The translations under genes and the position numbers were made by a program. This document shows positions 1 through 8,359 of a stretch of DNA of 33,734 bases, one piece after another. Location of the stretch: positions 1-33,734 of the forward strand of contig JAXMNT010000071.1 in assembly GCA_034670305.1 (NCBI GenBank), in the 5' to 3' direction. The number at the start of each line of letters is the position of its first letter. Positions within the stretch are counted from its first letter, which is position 1. Source of the stretch: Deltaproteobacteria bacterium. Lineage in GTDB: Bacteria > Myxococcota_A > Polyangia > Polyangiales > Houyiibacteriaceae. The notes beneath the pieces were generated by a model, which saw only the letters and a program-made list of their open reading frames with translations, was not told the origin of the DNA and did no database searches.

Positions 1-121
1 GAGCAAGGTTGCCCTGACAGCTGTCGCCCGGAAGCTACTCACCGTCCTCAACGCCATGATCCGCAGCGGCACCGACTGGTCACCCGAGGTGACTTGAGTC
101 GCGGCTGCGAATACAGTTGCT
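1..121 (+). mobile_element. Right end of IS110-family insertion sequence
   Basis: Short 24-nt tail after the transposase stop ending ...ATACAGTTGCT, resembling IS110-group right ends that finish in a CT core. Exact boundary is inferred. Confidence 0.65.
2..97 (+). CDS. IS110-family transposase/recombinase, C-terminal fragment (truncated by window edge)
   Basis: Manual translation from base 2 gives SKVALTAVARKLLTVLNAMIRSGTDWSPEVT*, matching the typical IS110 C-terminus (KxAxxAxxRKLLxxLxAMxRxxxxW). TGA at 95-97. Confidence 0.85.
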   Translation, partial: SKVALTAVARKLLTVLNAMIRSGTDWSPEVT

Positions 122-125
122 GCTA

Positions 126-190
126 GGGCAAGGGCAAGGGCAGGGGCAGGGGCAAGGGAGCAGGTCGCCGCCTTCGGCGGCTCCTGCTAC
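126..190 (-). repeat. REP-like family A copy 1: GTAG-hairpin plus CCCTTG tract
   Basis: Minus strand reads GTAGCAGGAGCCGCC-GAA-GGCGGCGACCTGCT-CCCTTGCCCCTGCCCCTGCCCTTGCCCTTGCCC; homologous to 31247-31307 and 33611-33670. Confidence 0.85.
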
Positions 191-867
191 AGCCCGTGGT
201 AGGCGGCGGTGAGGCGGGCGAGTTCGTCTTGGAGTTTGCGCCGCTCGGCGGGGGTCGCATTCGGATTGCGGTCCGGGTGCAGGCGCATGGCCGCGGAGAC
301 GAGCTGCTGTCTCGTCACGCATCGTTCGGTGGTCCCACGCGGCCTCGCCCGGCGCTCTCGTGCGCGCTGACGGTTCGCTTCGCCGTTCATCGGCACGACG
401 ACGTTGTCGCTTCGCTTCGGGGACGGTTGCGAGACCCGCGGCATGACTTGCACGACCTCTCCGCTCGCGACGTTGCGGGAACGGAACGTGACCTTGGCGC
501 CGCTGCGGACCCGGCGCTCGAGCACTGCGAGCCGCTGGCGCATCTGCTGGGCCAGGGCTTCTTGCACAGCGGCCTTCGGCACCCCGAGCGCGGCCGCGAG
601 CTCGCCGCTTCGCCGTTCGCTGATCGCCAGGCGGGTGAGCGCGCGGTGGTAGCGCGTGGGATCGAGTTCGCCGGAGCGCTGCAGTCGATCGAGGAGCGGA
701 TCGAAGTGGGCCCGCAGGTCCACGCCAACCACGCGTCCCGCGCGCAGGAGCACGCGATCGACGCCGCGTTCGGAGTGCACTCGAAGCTCGCCTTCCGCGT
801 CTGCGGGAAGCGACGCGAGAAGAGATTCGATCCGAGCACCGCGCAGCGTCATGCGTCGAGTTCGCAC
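187..867 (-). CDS. DUF4388-like N-terminal domain plus C-terminal J-domain (HPD) protein
   Basis: C-terminus AMRLHPDRNP...LARLTAAYHGL resembles a J-domain. N-terminus (GELRVH...VLLRAGRVV) resembles DUF4388/PATAN. Start is 867 (GTG) or 852 (ATG). Confidence 0.7.
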   Translation of the reverse strand: MRTRRMTLRGARIESLLASLPADAEGELRVHSERGVDRVLLRAGRVVGVDLRAHFDPLLDRLQRSGELDPTRYHRALTRLAISERRSGELAAALGVPKAAVQEALAQQMRQRLAVLERRVRSGAKVTFRSRNVASGEVVQVMPRVSQPSPKRSDNVVVPMNGEANRQRARERRARPRGTTERCVTRQQLVSAAMRLHPDRNPNATPAERRKLQDELARLTAAYHGL

Positions 868-897
868 GGCTTGCCCTCGAGGGTCAATTTTCCTGCG

Positions 898-935
898 CTA
901 CGGGCCTGGCTCGCTTCGCGAGACTGGCGGCCCTA
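898..935 (-). repeat. REP-like family B copy 1 (38 bp)
   Basis: Exact reverse complement of 13352-13389: TAGGGCCGCCAGTCTCGCGAAGCGAGCCAGGCCCGTAG. Confidence 0.9.
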
Positions 936-1361
936 GTCCTCGGGGAAGAAGTTCTCGAGGTCGGCCGAGAGCGGGACGAGCTCGTCGCCCGGGATGCCAT
1001 CTTCCACGCAGGCGTTGGACCGGCTGCCGCCTTCGGGCGCGCATGGGTCGTTCCGGTTGTACACCCGGTCGTCGAGCAGGAACTCGCAGTCGTCCACGGT
1101 GGCGAGGCACTCGAACTCGAGTCGGGCCTTGCGCCCACATCGATCGCCCTTGCTCTGCCGCCACTCGATCGCGGCCAAACACGCCCACATGCAGCCACCG
1201 TCGCCGGAACCTCCGCCCGCGCCACAGAGTTCGATGTTGTCGCAGAAGTCGGCGCACACCGTCTCGCCGCTCGGCGCGCCACACCCCGCCAGCGCGAACG
1301 AAGCCACCAGGACCGTGGAGGCCCCCAGAACCGTGGAGGAAAGAAAGTCGCGAAGGGTCAC
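933..1361 (-). CDS. Cys-rich lipoprotein, hypothetical
   Basis: Signal peptide with LAGC lipobox, CxxxC pairs, and TATGTT -10 box 6 nt before the GTG. Confidence 0.7.
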   Translation of the reverse strand: MTLRDFLSSTVLGASTVLVASFALAGCGAPSGETVCADFCDNIELCGAGGGSGDGGCMWACLAAIEWRQSKGDRCGRKARLEFECLATVDDCEFLLDDRVYNRNDPCAPEGGSRSNACVEDGIPGDELVPLSADLENFFPED

Positions 1362-1416
1362 GGCGTCAACATACCAGGCCCGAAGCCAAGTGAGGAGTAG
1401 ACAGCGTCGGTACAGC

Positions 1417-1543
1417 CTTCGGCTTCGGGCTCTTCGGCTTCGGCTTCGGCGTCGGCTTCGGCTTCGGCTTCGGCGTCGGCTTCGACTTCGGAGTCGGCTT
1501 CAGCTTCGGGCTCGGCGTCGGCGTCGGCGTCTGTTTCGGCTTC
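1417..1543. repeat. Intergenic hexamer tandem tract (TTCGGC)n
   Basis: Visible degenerate TTCGGC/GTCGGC repeats between two minus-strand genes. Confidence 0.9.
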
Positions 1544-1580
1544 ATGTCTCGCCCGCTTCCGCCAGCGGATCCGGAAGCAC

Positions 1581-2270
1581 TTACTGAAGCGCGGGCGGCC
1601 GCTCGTCGTCCTGGTAGTCGTCTTCGTAGATGTTGGGCGGCGGCGCGTTGGCGTCGTCGTCCTCGTCCACGACCCGAATCTCCGCGCGCGAAGCCTCGGG
1701 CAGGAAGTTGCCGGCCGGGAAGTCCACGTAGACGTACTGATAGCCGCCCTCGCCCGCCGAACTCGTGACCGACGGAACCGAACCAGCGCGCAGGTGGAAT
1801 ACGAAGGCAAGATCGTTCCGGCCGCGCCGTTCGACCCGCGCCCGCTGAACCGGGGTGTTGAAGTGCTGGGTGCGCAGCCAGCGCCGGGTGTTGCGGAGGT
1901 GCGTGCGCACCCCGTGCAGGACCACCTCGAACTTGCCGTCGCTGCTGTGGGTCTCGTGCTGGGCCGGCCCGGAGAGCTGAAGGAAGAACCGGCTCGTGCC
2001 GTCGGCCCGCGGTTCGAAACCAGGCCACGTGATCAAGGTCGCCGGCCGCCGGGCGGCTCGCGCGCGGGTCACGGCGCGGGCACGCGGCGGAGCCTGGGCG
2101 GAGCCGGAGCGCACCCCGGCGTACTCGCCCACGCGGCGGGTCGGGGAGACGCTCGCATGCGAGTCGCCGTCCGTCTGTGCCTGGGTCCTCCCCGTCGCCA
2201 CGAGGGCGGCCAGGCCCACGGCCAGGCCCAGGAGGAGCGCAACGGAGAGCACGACGGAACGGTTCTTCAT
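1581..2270 (-). CDS. Secreted AMIN-like domain protein
   Basis: Start at [15 protein letters not shown] (ATG 2270) with signal peptide. Beta-rich TWPGF...SRFFLQLS...FNTPV domain and acidic tail. Confidence 0.65.
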   Translation of the reverse strand: MKNRSVVLSVALLLGLAVGLAALVATGRTQAQTDGDSHASVSPTRRVGEYAGVRSGSAQAPPRARAVTRARAARRPATLITWPGFEPRADGTSRFFLQLSGPAQHETHSSDGKFEVVLHGVRTHLRNTRRWLRTQHFNTPVQRARVERRGRNDLAFVFHLRAGSVPSVTSSAGEGGYQYVYVDFPAGNFLPEASRAEIRVVDEDDDANAPPPNIYEDDYQDDERPPALQ

Positions 2271-2329
2271 GGCGCAAGCATACCGAGGCTGCCGGCAGAC
2301 CACCAAAAAGCGGGCTGGTCGAGGGCGGG

Positions 2330-3796
2330 CTAGTCGTCGTAGTCGCGGGCGACGCGGTACCCAGGGCGGTCGCGTTCTGCGATGTCTGGCCGCATCTCGG
2401 TCTGCATGCGGGGGGGCGCGTCCGCACGCATGGTGCTGTCCATGGCGGCCTGCATGACCGAGGGTTGGACCTCGACCGGTTGTTCCGTGGGGTCGACCCG
2501 ATCGGGGGCTTCTTCGACCGGGCCCTCCGCGCGTTCGGCGAGAACGGCCGCGACCGGCTCCGGCGGAGGCAACGCCGGCGCCTCGGGTTGTGCGGCGGCC
2601 ACATTCAGGGACTCGCGCCGGATGGGCTCGCCGCGCATCGCGTTCACCGCGTAGAACCCACCCGCACCCGCGAGCAGCCCCACCGAGATCGCCACGACCC
2701 ACGGCAAGGCGGAGTGGCGTCGTCGCCGCGGGGTGGCCGGCCGCTCCGAGGGGGACTGGACGGTCTCCTCACTCAGTGGCGATGGGGTCGGTATCGCGTC
2801 GTCGCCCCACGCGGGCATGTCCCCCCGCGCGACCTGTTCCATCGTGAAGTCGCCCAGCAGCGCATCGCGCATCGTCTCGGCGGAGGCCCACCGGTCCTCG
2901 CTCTTGCGCCGGAGCGCCCGGTCGATGACCACCGCGAGTTCGCGCGGCACCTCGGGGCTCACGTGTTGGACCGGCGGCACGTCTTCGCGCAGCAGCCGCG
3001 CCATCAACTCGGCCACGTTGTCCTCGTCGAATGGGGTGCGCCCGATCACGAGGCGGAAGAGCACCGCGCCGAGCCCGTAGACATCGGCGCGGCCGTCGAG
3101 CGGTTTTCCGCGCGCCTGTTCTGGGCTCATGTAGCGCGGGGTGCCCACCACGATCCCGCTCGCCGTGAGCTGGGTCGCGCCTTCGAGCTGTCGCTGTTTC
3201 GCGATGCCGAAGTCCAGCACCCGCACCGCCCTCGACCCGTCCGGCAGATCGACCAAGAACAGGTTCGCCGGCTTGATGTCGCGGTGCACGATGCCGTTTT
3301 CATGGGCGGCGACCAGCGCGTCGAGGGTTTGGATCGCGAGCCGCCACACATCGCCAAGGTGGAGCTGCTCGGTGACCATCGCGGTCTCGAGATCGACCCC
3401 GCGGAGCAGCTCGTACACCAGGAACCAACGTCCGCGGGTGTCTTTGCCGAGGTCCAGCATCTTCACGATGCCCGGGTGTTCGATGGCCATCACGGCCCGG
3501 GCTTCGCGCAGAAGCCGGGCTTCGATGTCTTTGTCGCCGTCGCGGCTGGCCCGGAGCCGTTTGACCGCGACCTTGCGGCCCTGCTGCAGATCCTCGGCTT
3601 CCCAGACCGCACCCATGCCGCCCCGCCCGAGAATCCGAATCAGGCGAAACCGACCATCCAAGACCTTGCCGGCGCCGGTTTCGTCCTCGAACTCGGGGGC
3701 CGAGAGCGCGTCCAGCTTGCGGGAAAGCGCGGGCCGGTTGGACTCGACTTCCGGCGGCGGGGGAGGATCCTCCACGGCATCGATCGTCGTATCCAC
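2330..3796 (-). CDS. Hanks-type Ser/Thr protein kinase with transmembrane helix
   Basis: [21 protein letters not shown] and GTPRYMSPE motifs; [21 protein letters not shown]. Start GTG 3796 preferred (ATG 3808 alternative). Confidence 0.95.
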   Translation of the reverse strand: MDTTIDAVEDPPPPPEVESNRPALSRKLDALSAPEFEDETGAGKVLDGRFRLIRILGRGGMGAVWEAEDLQQGRKVAVKRLRASRDGDKDIEARLLREARAVMAIEHPGIVKMLDLGKDTRGRWFLVYELLRGVDLETAMVTEQLHLGDVWRLAIQTLDALVAAHENGIVHRDIKPANLFLVDLPDGSRAVRVLDFGIAKQRQLEGATQLTASGIVVGTPRYMSPEQARGKPLDGRADVYGLGAVLFRLVIGRTPFDEDNVAELMARLLREDVPPVQHVSPEVPRELAVVIDRALRRKSEDRWASAETMRDALLGDFTMEQVARGDMPAWGDDAIPTPSPLSEETVQSPSERPATPRRRRHSALPWVVAISVGLLAGAGGFYAVNAMRGEPIRRESLNVAAAQPEAPALPPPEPVAAVLAERAEGPVEEAPDRVDPTEQPVEVQPSVMQAAMDSTMRADAPPRMQTEMRPDIAERDRPGYRVARDYDD

Positions 3797-3841
3797 GGGA
3801 CAGAACATAGCACCGGCGGATGGAAGAGGCGCAATTCGCCG

Positions 3842-4134
3842 GCCGAAGCCGACGCCGAAGCCGAAGCCGAAGCCGAAGCCGAAGCCGAAGCCGACGCCGA
3901 AGCCGATCCCGACGCCGAAGCGGAAGCCGAAGCCGGTCCCGAAACCGAAGCCGACCCCGAAGCCGACCCCGAAGCCGACGCCGACCCCGAAGCCGATGCC
4001 GAAGCCGACCCCGAAGCCGACCCCGAAGCCGACGCCGACCCCGAAGCCGAAGCCGACCCCGAAGCCGATGCCGACCCCGAAGCCGATGCCGAAGCCGATG
4101 CCGAAAGCCGACCGAAGCCGATCGCGAAACCGAC
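3842..4134. repeat. Intergenic hexamer tandem tract (GCCGAA/CCCGAA/GCCGAC/GCCGAT)n, about 290 bp
   Basis: More than 40 consecutive hexamers with a near-invariant CCGA core. Confidence 0.95.
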
Positions 4135-4146
4135 GAACCTCGAGTC

Positions 4147-6177
4147 TTAGGGGAGCCAGACGCGGACGACGCCAACGTCGATGGTGTCGCGTTCCGTCCA
4201 GTCGGATGTGCCGGTGCCGGTGAAGACGCGCATCGGGTCTGCGACATTGCGGTAGGGCGCGACGGCGACGCGGTCCACCGTGCCGTCCGCGTCGAGATCC
4301 AGGTCGCCGGCCACCACGTCGCCGAAGTACGCGTCGTCGAGCGGTGGCGTCGGTGGACGGGGGGAGACGACGCAGTCGGGGTTGCAGTCGTAGCGCAGGA
4401 CGTGGCCTTGGTGGGCGCCGGCGCCTTCGGGCACGTGGCGCTCGAACTCTCCGAAGCCTGCCAGGACGGCCCGTCGACCGGATTGGGCGTGCACGACGTC
4501 GCTGGGGAAGTTGCTGAACTCGGTGTCCGGCGACTCGATCTGGGGACTGCCCGCGGGCGCGGTCGACCCTTCGAAGAGGTAGAGCGCGCCGGGCGTGAGC
4601 GAGCCGGTGCCACCGGCGCCGCGTTCAAGCGGTGCGGTCGCCGCGATGCCCTCGAATCCGTCGGGGCTGGGACCGGTGCCGGAGACCCGGTACCCGAAGA
4701 GCGCGAGCGCGTGGCTGGTGGCAGGGGGGTCGATGCGGCGCATACCGCCCGCCCATCGGGCGATGAGGATGGCCTGCGCGGGACCCGGTGCATCGTAGTT
4801 GCCGCTGGCCTGACTGATCACTCCATCGAGCAGGCCATCGCCGTCGGTGTCGGCGAGCGCGACGTCGGATCCGGCCGCGCCCGCGACGCCCGAGACCAGA
4901 CGGCCGGCCTCGCCGTTGACCCAGAACTGGGCCTCGCCGCGGTCCGCGTATCCGAGCAGGAGATCGTCGCGTCCATCGGCGTCCACGTCTCCGGCCGCGA
5001 CCGCGGTGGGGTCTTCGGGCAACCACATCGCATCGACGACCGGCGCGCCGCCCACCCAGTCGACCCGTGCGCGGCCGACGACGACTTCGTCGTCTCCGTC
5101 TCCGTCCAGGTCCGCACAGGCCACCGGTCCTCCGACGGCGAGCCGCTCCGCGACGCCGTTGGAGAAGATCCATGTGCCGTCCGGGCTGCCGATCCAAGAC
5201 ACCACGATTTCCGAATCGCCGTCGCCGTCGAGGTCGCAGCGAGGACGCTGGGCGTGCAGGTAGCGTTCGGGGGAGCCGAAGCCGCACCCAGCCGCGTCGC
5301 ACGAGGCAACGGACCAGCGGTAGGTGCCGCGGGACCGGCTGACCGTCACCCGGGTCAGCGCACCTCCAGCGGCGGGCACCCGGAGGACCGGCCCGCCTTC
5401 CATGCGCAGCTCGTACTCGGTGGCCTCCGCCACGTTGGCCCAGACGAGCTCCACCGACTCGCCGATCTCGCGGTAGCCGTGGAAGGGGTAACGGAGTTCA
5501 GGGGCAGCGATGTCGCTCGTGGCGGTGTCGGGCGCAGTGTCTTGCGGCACCCCGCCGTCCTCGTTCGCGTCTGGCCCGCCGTCCCTCGCGCCGCCGTCCG
5601 TCAGACCTCCGTCGAGGCCGCGCGGGTCCCGGAACACAGGGTCGTCCAGGCGCGGCAAGAGGCGTGGATCGACCTCCTCGGGCACACACGCCTCGACGCC
5701 GCAGGTGAAGCCGGGCTCGCACTCCTCGACTGCCGTGAGGCACCGCTTCGCCAGGAAGACATCGAGTCGGATGGTCTGCTCGTCGATGAAGCTGCTGCGT
5801 GCGCTGGTCTCGAAGTCGAGCAGCTCACCGCCCGCTGCGGTTCGGCCCTCGACACGCGCGGCGACCCGGAAGCGACGGGTGGAGTCGCCGTCTCGAGGCA
5901 CGATGCCGAAGGTGCCAATCTCTTGAAACCCTTCGCCCGGCAGGATCTCGGCCAGGGCTTCGCTTGGGAGTTCGACCATGCGGACGACCTCGTCGTCGTC
6001 GTCCTGGATCGTGAGCGAGACCGCGACGAGGTGATCGATGTCGGACGCCAGCCGAACCACCACCTGGGTCGGTGGCGTACGGCAGGCCAGGAGCCCGAGC
6101 GAGAGCAAGAGCCCAGCGAGCACGTCGCGACCGCGCTGCGGCAGCGCATGGCGCGCCGAACTTCGCGTCTGGGTCAC
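4147..6177 (-). CDS. FG-GAP/VCBS repeat lipoprotein
   Basis: LLAC lipobox; repeats [51 protein letters not shown] start overlaps the upstream stop (GTGA at 6177-6174). Confidence 0.8.
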   Translation of the reverse strand: MTQTRSSARHALPQRGRDVLAGLLLSLGLLACRTPPTQVVVRLASDIDHLVAVSLTIQDDDDEVVRMVELPSEALAEILPGEGFQEIGTFGIVPRDGDSTRRFRVAARVEGRTAAGGELLDFETSARSSFIDEQTIRLDVFLAKRCLTAVEECEPGFTCGVEACVPEEVDPRLLPRLDDPVFRDPRGLDGGLTDGGARDGGPDANEDGGVPQDTAPDTATSDIAAPELRYPFHGYREIGESVELVWANVAEATEYELRMEGGPVLRVPAAGGALTRVTVSRSRGTYRWSVASCDAAGCGFGSPERYLHAQRPRCDLDGDGDSEIVVSWIGSPDGTWIFSNGVAERLAVGGPVACADLDGDGDDEVVVGRARVDWVGGAPVVDAMWLPEDPTAVAAGDVDADGRDDLLLGYADRGEAQFWVNGEAGRLVSGVAGAAGSDVALADTDGDGLLDGVISQASGNYDAPGPAQAILIARWAGGMRRIDPPATSHALALFGYRVSGTGPSPDGFEGIAATAPLERGAGGTGSLTPGALYLFEGSTAPAGSPQIESPDTEFSNFPSDVVHAQSGRRAVLAGFGEFERHVPEGAGAHQGHVLRYDCNPDCVVSPRPPTPPLDDAYFGDVVAGDLDLDADGTVDRVAVAPYRNVADPMRVFTGTGTSDWTERDTIDVGVVRVWLP

Positions 6178-7199
6178 GGCGTCACCATCAGAACCGCCTG
6201 TGAGAAATCCAGGGTGCCGGTCTCGATCGGGAAGTCCTGGCGCAGTCCCAGGAACAACCCCGCGGCGAGCGCGCCGGCACCGACGAGGATCGCGGTCCAG
6301 AGCCACCAACGCTGTCGCAACGGCGTCGCGCCGACTTCTGCGAGCGCGACCGACACCCGCTCGTTCGCGCCTGGCCCGAGCGTGATTCGGCGCTCGTCGG
6401 TCTCGAAGCCATCCGCCCGCACGACGAGCTCGAACGCATGCGGCTCCCGCAAGACTTCCTCCACCGTGGCGTGACCAGCACCGACCACGCGCCCGGCCCA
6501 TTCGATCTCCGCGTGCTCGGGAGAGGTCTCGATGCGGACGCTGGCCGCGATGGGTGTCTCGTCGGCGCGGATCTCGATCGACGCGCTCTGCCCGGGCTCG
6601 ACGACCAGTTCGCGCAGCACCGGCTCGAAGCCCGCGCGCTCCACCCGAATCCGCACCGTGCCGGGGTCGACGCCAGCGGTCTGCGTTTCGTCCGGGTCCA
6701 GTGCCTCGTCGTTGACGGTGAGCGTATCGGCACCGCCCACAACCCGGATCTCCACGCGCGCGAGGGACTCGCGGAGTTCGTCCCGCATGCGGGTCGCTTG
6801 GGTTTGCAGATCACGGTGCCGGGCCGCTTGGGTCTGCTCGAGCACGAGTTCCAGATCCGCGAGTGCGGCGCGGTACCGGCCGGCACCGCGGAGCGCCAAG
6901 GCGCGATCGAAGCGCGCGATCGCCGACTCGCGGATCGCCAGCGACTGCGTGAAGAGCTCCGAGGCTTCCGCGTACCGTTGGTCGTCGAGGGCCTCGACCC
7001 CCCCTTCGAACAGCCGTCGCGCCTCCGCGCGATCCCCCGCTTCTGCGTCCTGCGCCGAACTCCACTCGGGCGTGAACGCCATGAACGCCAACACGGTGCC
7101 CAGGACAGCCCAGCCGTGGGACGCGTCTCGTGGAAGGACGCGTCCGATCGTGCTGCCGAAGCGCTCGCTCCAGCCGATCTCACTGAGGGGGGACCTCAC
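6174..7199 (-). CDS. TPR plus PEGA domain membrane protein
   Basis: EARRLFEGG...YAEASELF TPR helices, two PEGA-like repeats, C-terminal RWWLWT TM. Start approximate. Confidence 0.8.
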   Translation of the reverse strand: MRSPLSEIGWSERFGSTIGRVLPRDASHGWAVLGTVLAFMAFTPEWSSAQDAEAGDRAEARRLFEGGVEALDDQRYAEASELFTQSLAIRESAIARFDRALALRGAGRYRAALADLELVLEQTQAARHRDLQTQATRMRDELRESLARVEIRVVGGADTLTVNDEALDPDETQTAGVDPGTVRIRVERAGFEPVLRELVVEPGQSASIEIRADETPIAASVRIETSPEHAEIEWAGRVVGAGHATVEEVLREPHAFELVVRADGFETDERRITLGPGANERVSVALAEVGATPLRQRWWLWTAILVGAGALAAGLFLGLRQDFPIETGTLDFSQAVLMVTP

Positions 7200-7257
7200 C
7201 GCGACACCATAGATCAGCCGGCGGCGGAAACGCCCGTTCGTTTCGCTCCGCGTGGCC

Positions 7258-8163
7258 TTACTTGTCCGTCGCGAACTTCTTGGCGCCGCGGGGATGGTGG
7301 CGCTCGTGCACGTCCTGCAGTCGGCGACCGCTGACGTGCGTGTAAATCTGGGTGGTGGCGATGTCGGAGTGCCCCAGCATCGCTTGCACCGCCCGCAGAT
7401 CCGCCCCGCCGTCCAAGAGGTGGGTCGCAAAGCTGTGCCGCAGCTCGTGCGGGTAGACGTTCTTGGTGATGCCGGCGGCCGCCGCGTACTTCTTGACGAT
7501 CTTCCAGAACCCCTGTCGGGTCATCGGACCACCCCGCCGGGTCACGAACACCGCCCGTTCTCCAGCGCGTGCCCAAGCGCCCCGCACTTCGTCAAGGTAC
7601 TCGTGGATCCGGGCACAGGCGTACCCGCCCAGCGGAACCAGCCTGCGTTTGTCGCCCTTGCCGTGGGCCGCGAGGAACCCCGAGCTCAGGTTGAGACCAT
7701 CGAGATCCAGGGTGACCAGCTCCGTCACCCGCAACCCAGCGGCATACATCGTGTGCAACATCGCGCGATCGCGGACGTGGTGTTTGGAGGTTCCGCCCGG
7801 TGCTGCCAAGAGACGGAGGACCTCGTCGCGGGTGAGCACCGAGGGCAGGCGGCGTCCGAGCCGCGGCCGGTCGACCTGGCTGGTGGGATCCTCTTTGGTG
7901 TAGCGCTCGCGGGCCAAGAAGCGGTGGAGCGTTCGGATCGCGCTGAGTGTCCGCGCTTGGGAACGGGCGCTTAGACCAGACTCCGAGAGCTTCACGAGGA
8001 AACCGGCGATGAGCGTGCCGTCGACGTCGTCGAAACCGAGGCCGCCCGCTTCCAGAAATCCGACCCACCGCGCGATGTCGCGCGCGTACGCCTCGAGCGT
8101 GTTCGGGCTCAGCCCGCGCTCGGCCCGGAGGTGGTCCAAGTAGGTGTCGACGAGTACATCCAC
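7258..8163 (-). CDS. xerD: Site-specific tyrosine recombinase XerD
   Basis: ERGLSPNTLEAYARD, RDRAML..YAAGLRVTEL, GKGDKRRLVP, MTRQGFW, PHELRHSFATHLL, LGHSDIATTQIYTHV. Confidence 0.93.
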   Translation of the reverse strand: MDVLVDTYLDHLRAERGLSPNTLEAYARDIARWVGFLEAGGLGFDDVDGTLIAGFLVKLSESGLSARSQARTLSAIRTLHRFLARERYTKEDPTSQVDRPRLGRRLPSVLTRDEVLRLLAAPGGTSKHHVRDRAMLHTMYAAGLRVTELVTLDLDGLNLSSGFLAAHGKGDKRRLVPLGGYACARIHEYLDEVRGAWARAGERAVFVTRRGGPMTRQGFWKIVKKYAAAAGITKNVYPHELRHSFATHLLDGGADLRAVQAMLGHSDIATTQIYTHVSGRRLQDVHERHHPRGAKKFATDK

Positions 8164-8359
8164 CTACACACTCTCCAACCAATGCGGATCCCGCGCCAGT
8201 TCTTCACTGTGCCAGCGGGGAGTCGCGCTGCCGACTTCACTCGGGGGCACGGCCGAAGCGCAGTCTCCCGAGTTCGACGCGGGGACGCGTCTGTCGTCGC
8301 TGCGGTCCGCTTCGCCACGTCGATTCTCTGCTATCCTGGCGTGGGTTGGAGGCTTGAAA

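Noticed and set aside
94-99. TTGAGT as the IS110 circle-junction -35 box
   Set aside because: Spacing to the inferred end looks too long, and the left end is not in the window, so it cannot be supported.
3842-4134. Hexamer tracts as a CRISPR array or as EA/PK/SR-repeat proteins
   Set aside because: No repeat-spacer structure and no cas genes. The ORFs crossing the tracts are antisense shadows without credible starts.
7258-8163. Tyrosine recombinase as a prophage/island integrase or invertase for the repeats
   Set aside because: Sequence is canonical chromosomal XerD; no att sites, tRNA target or phage genes are visible.
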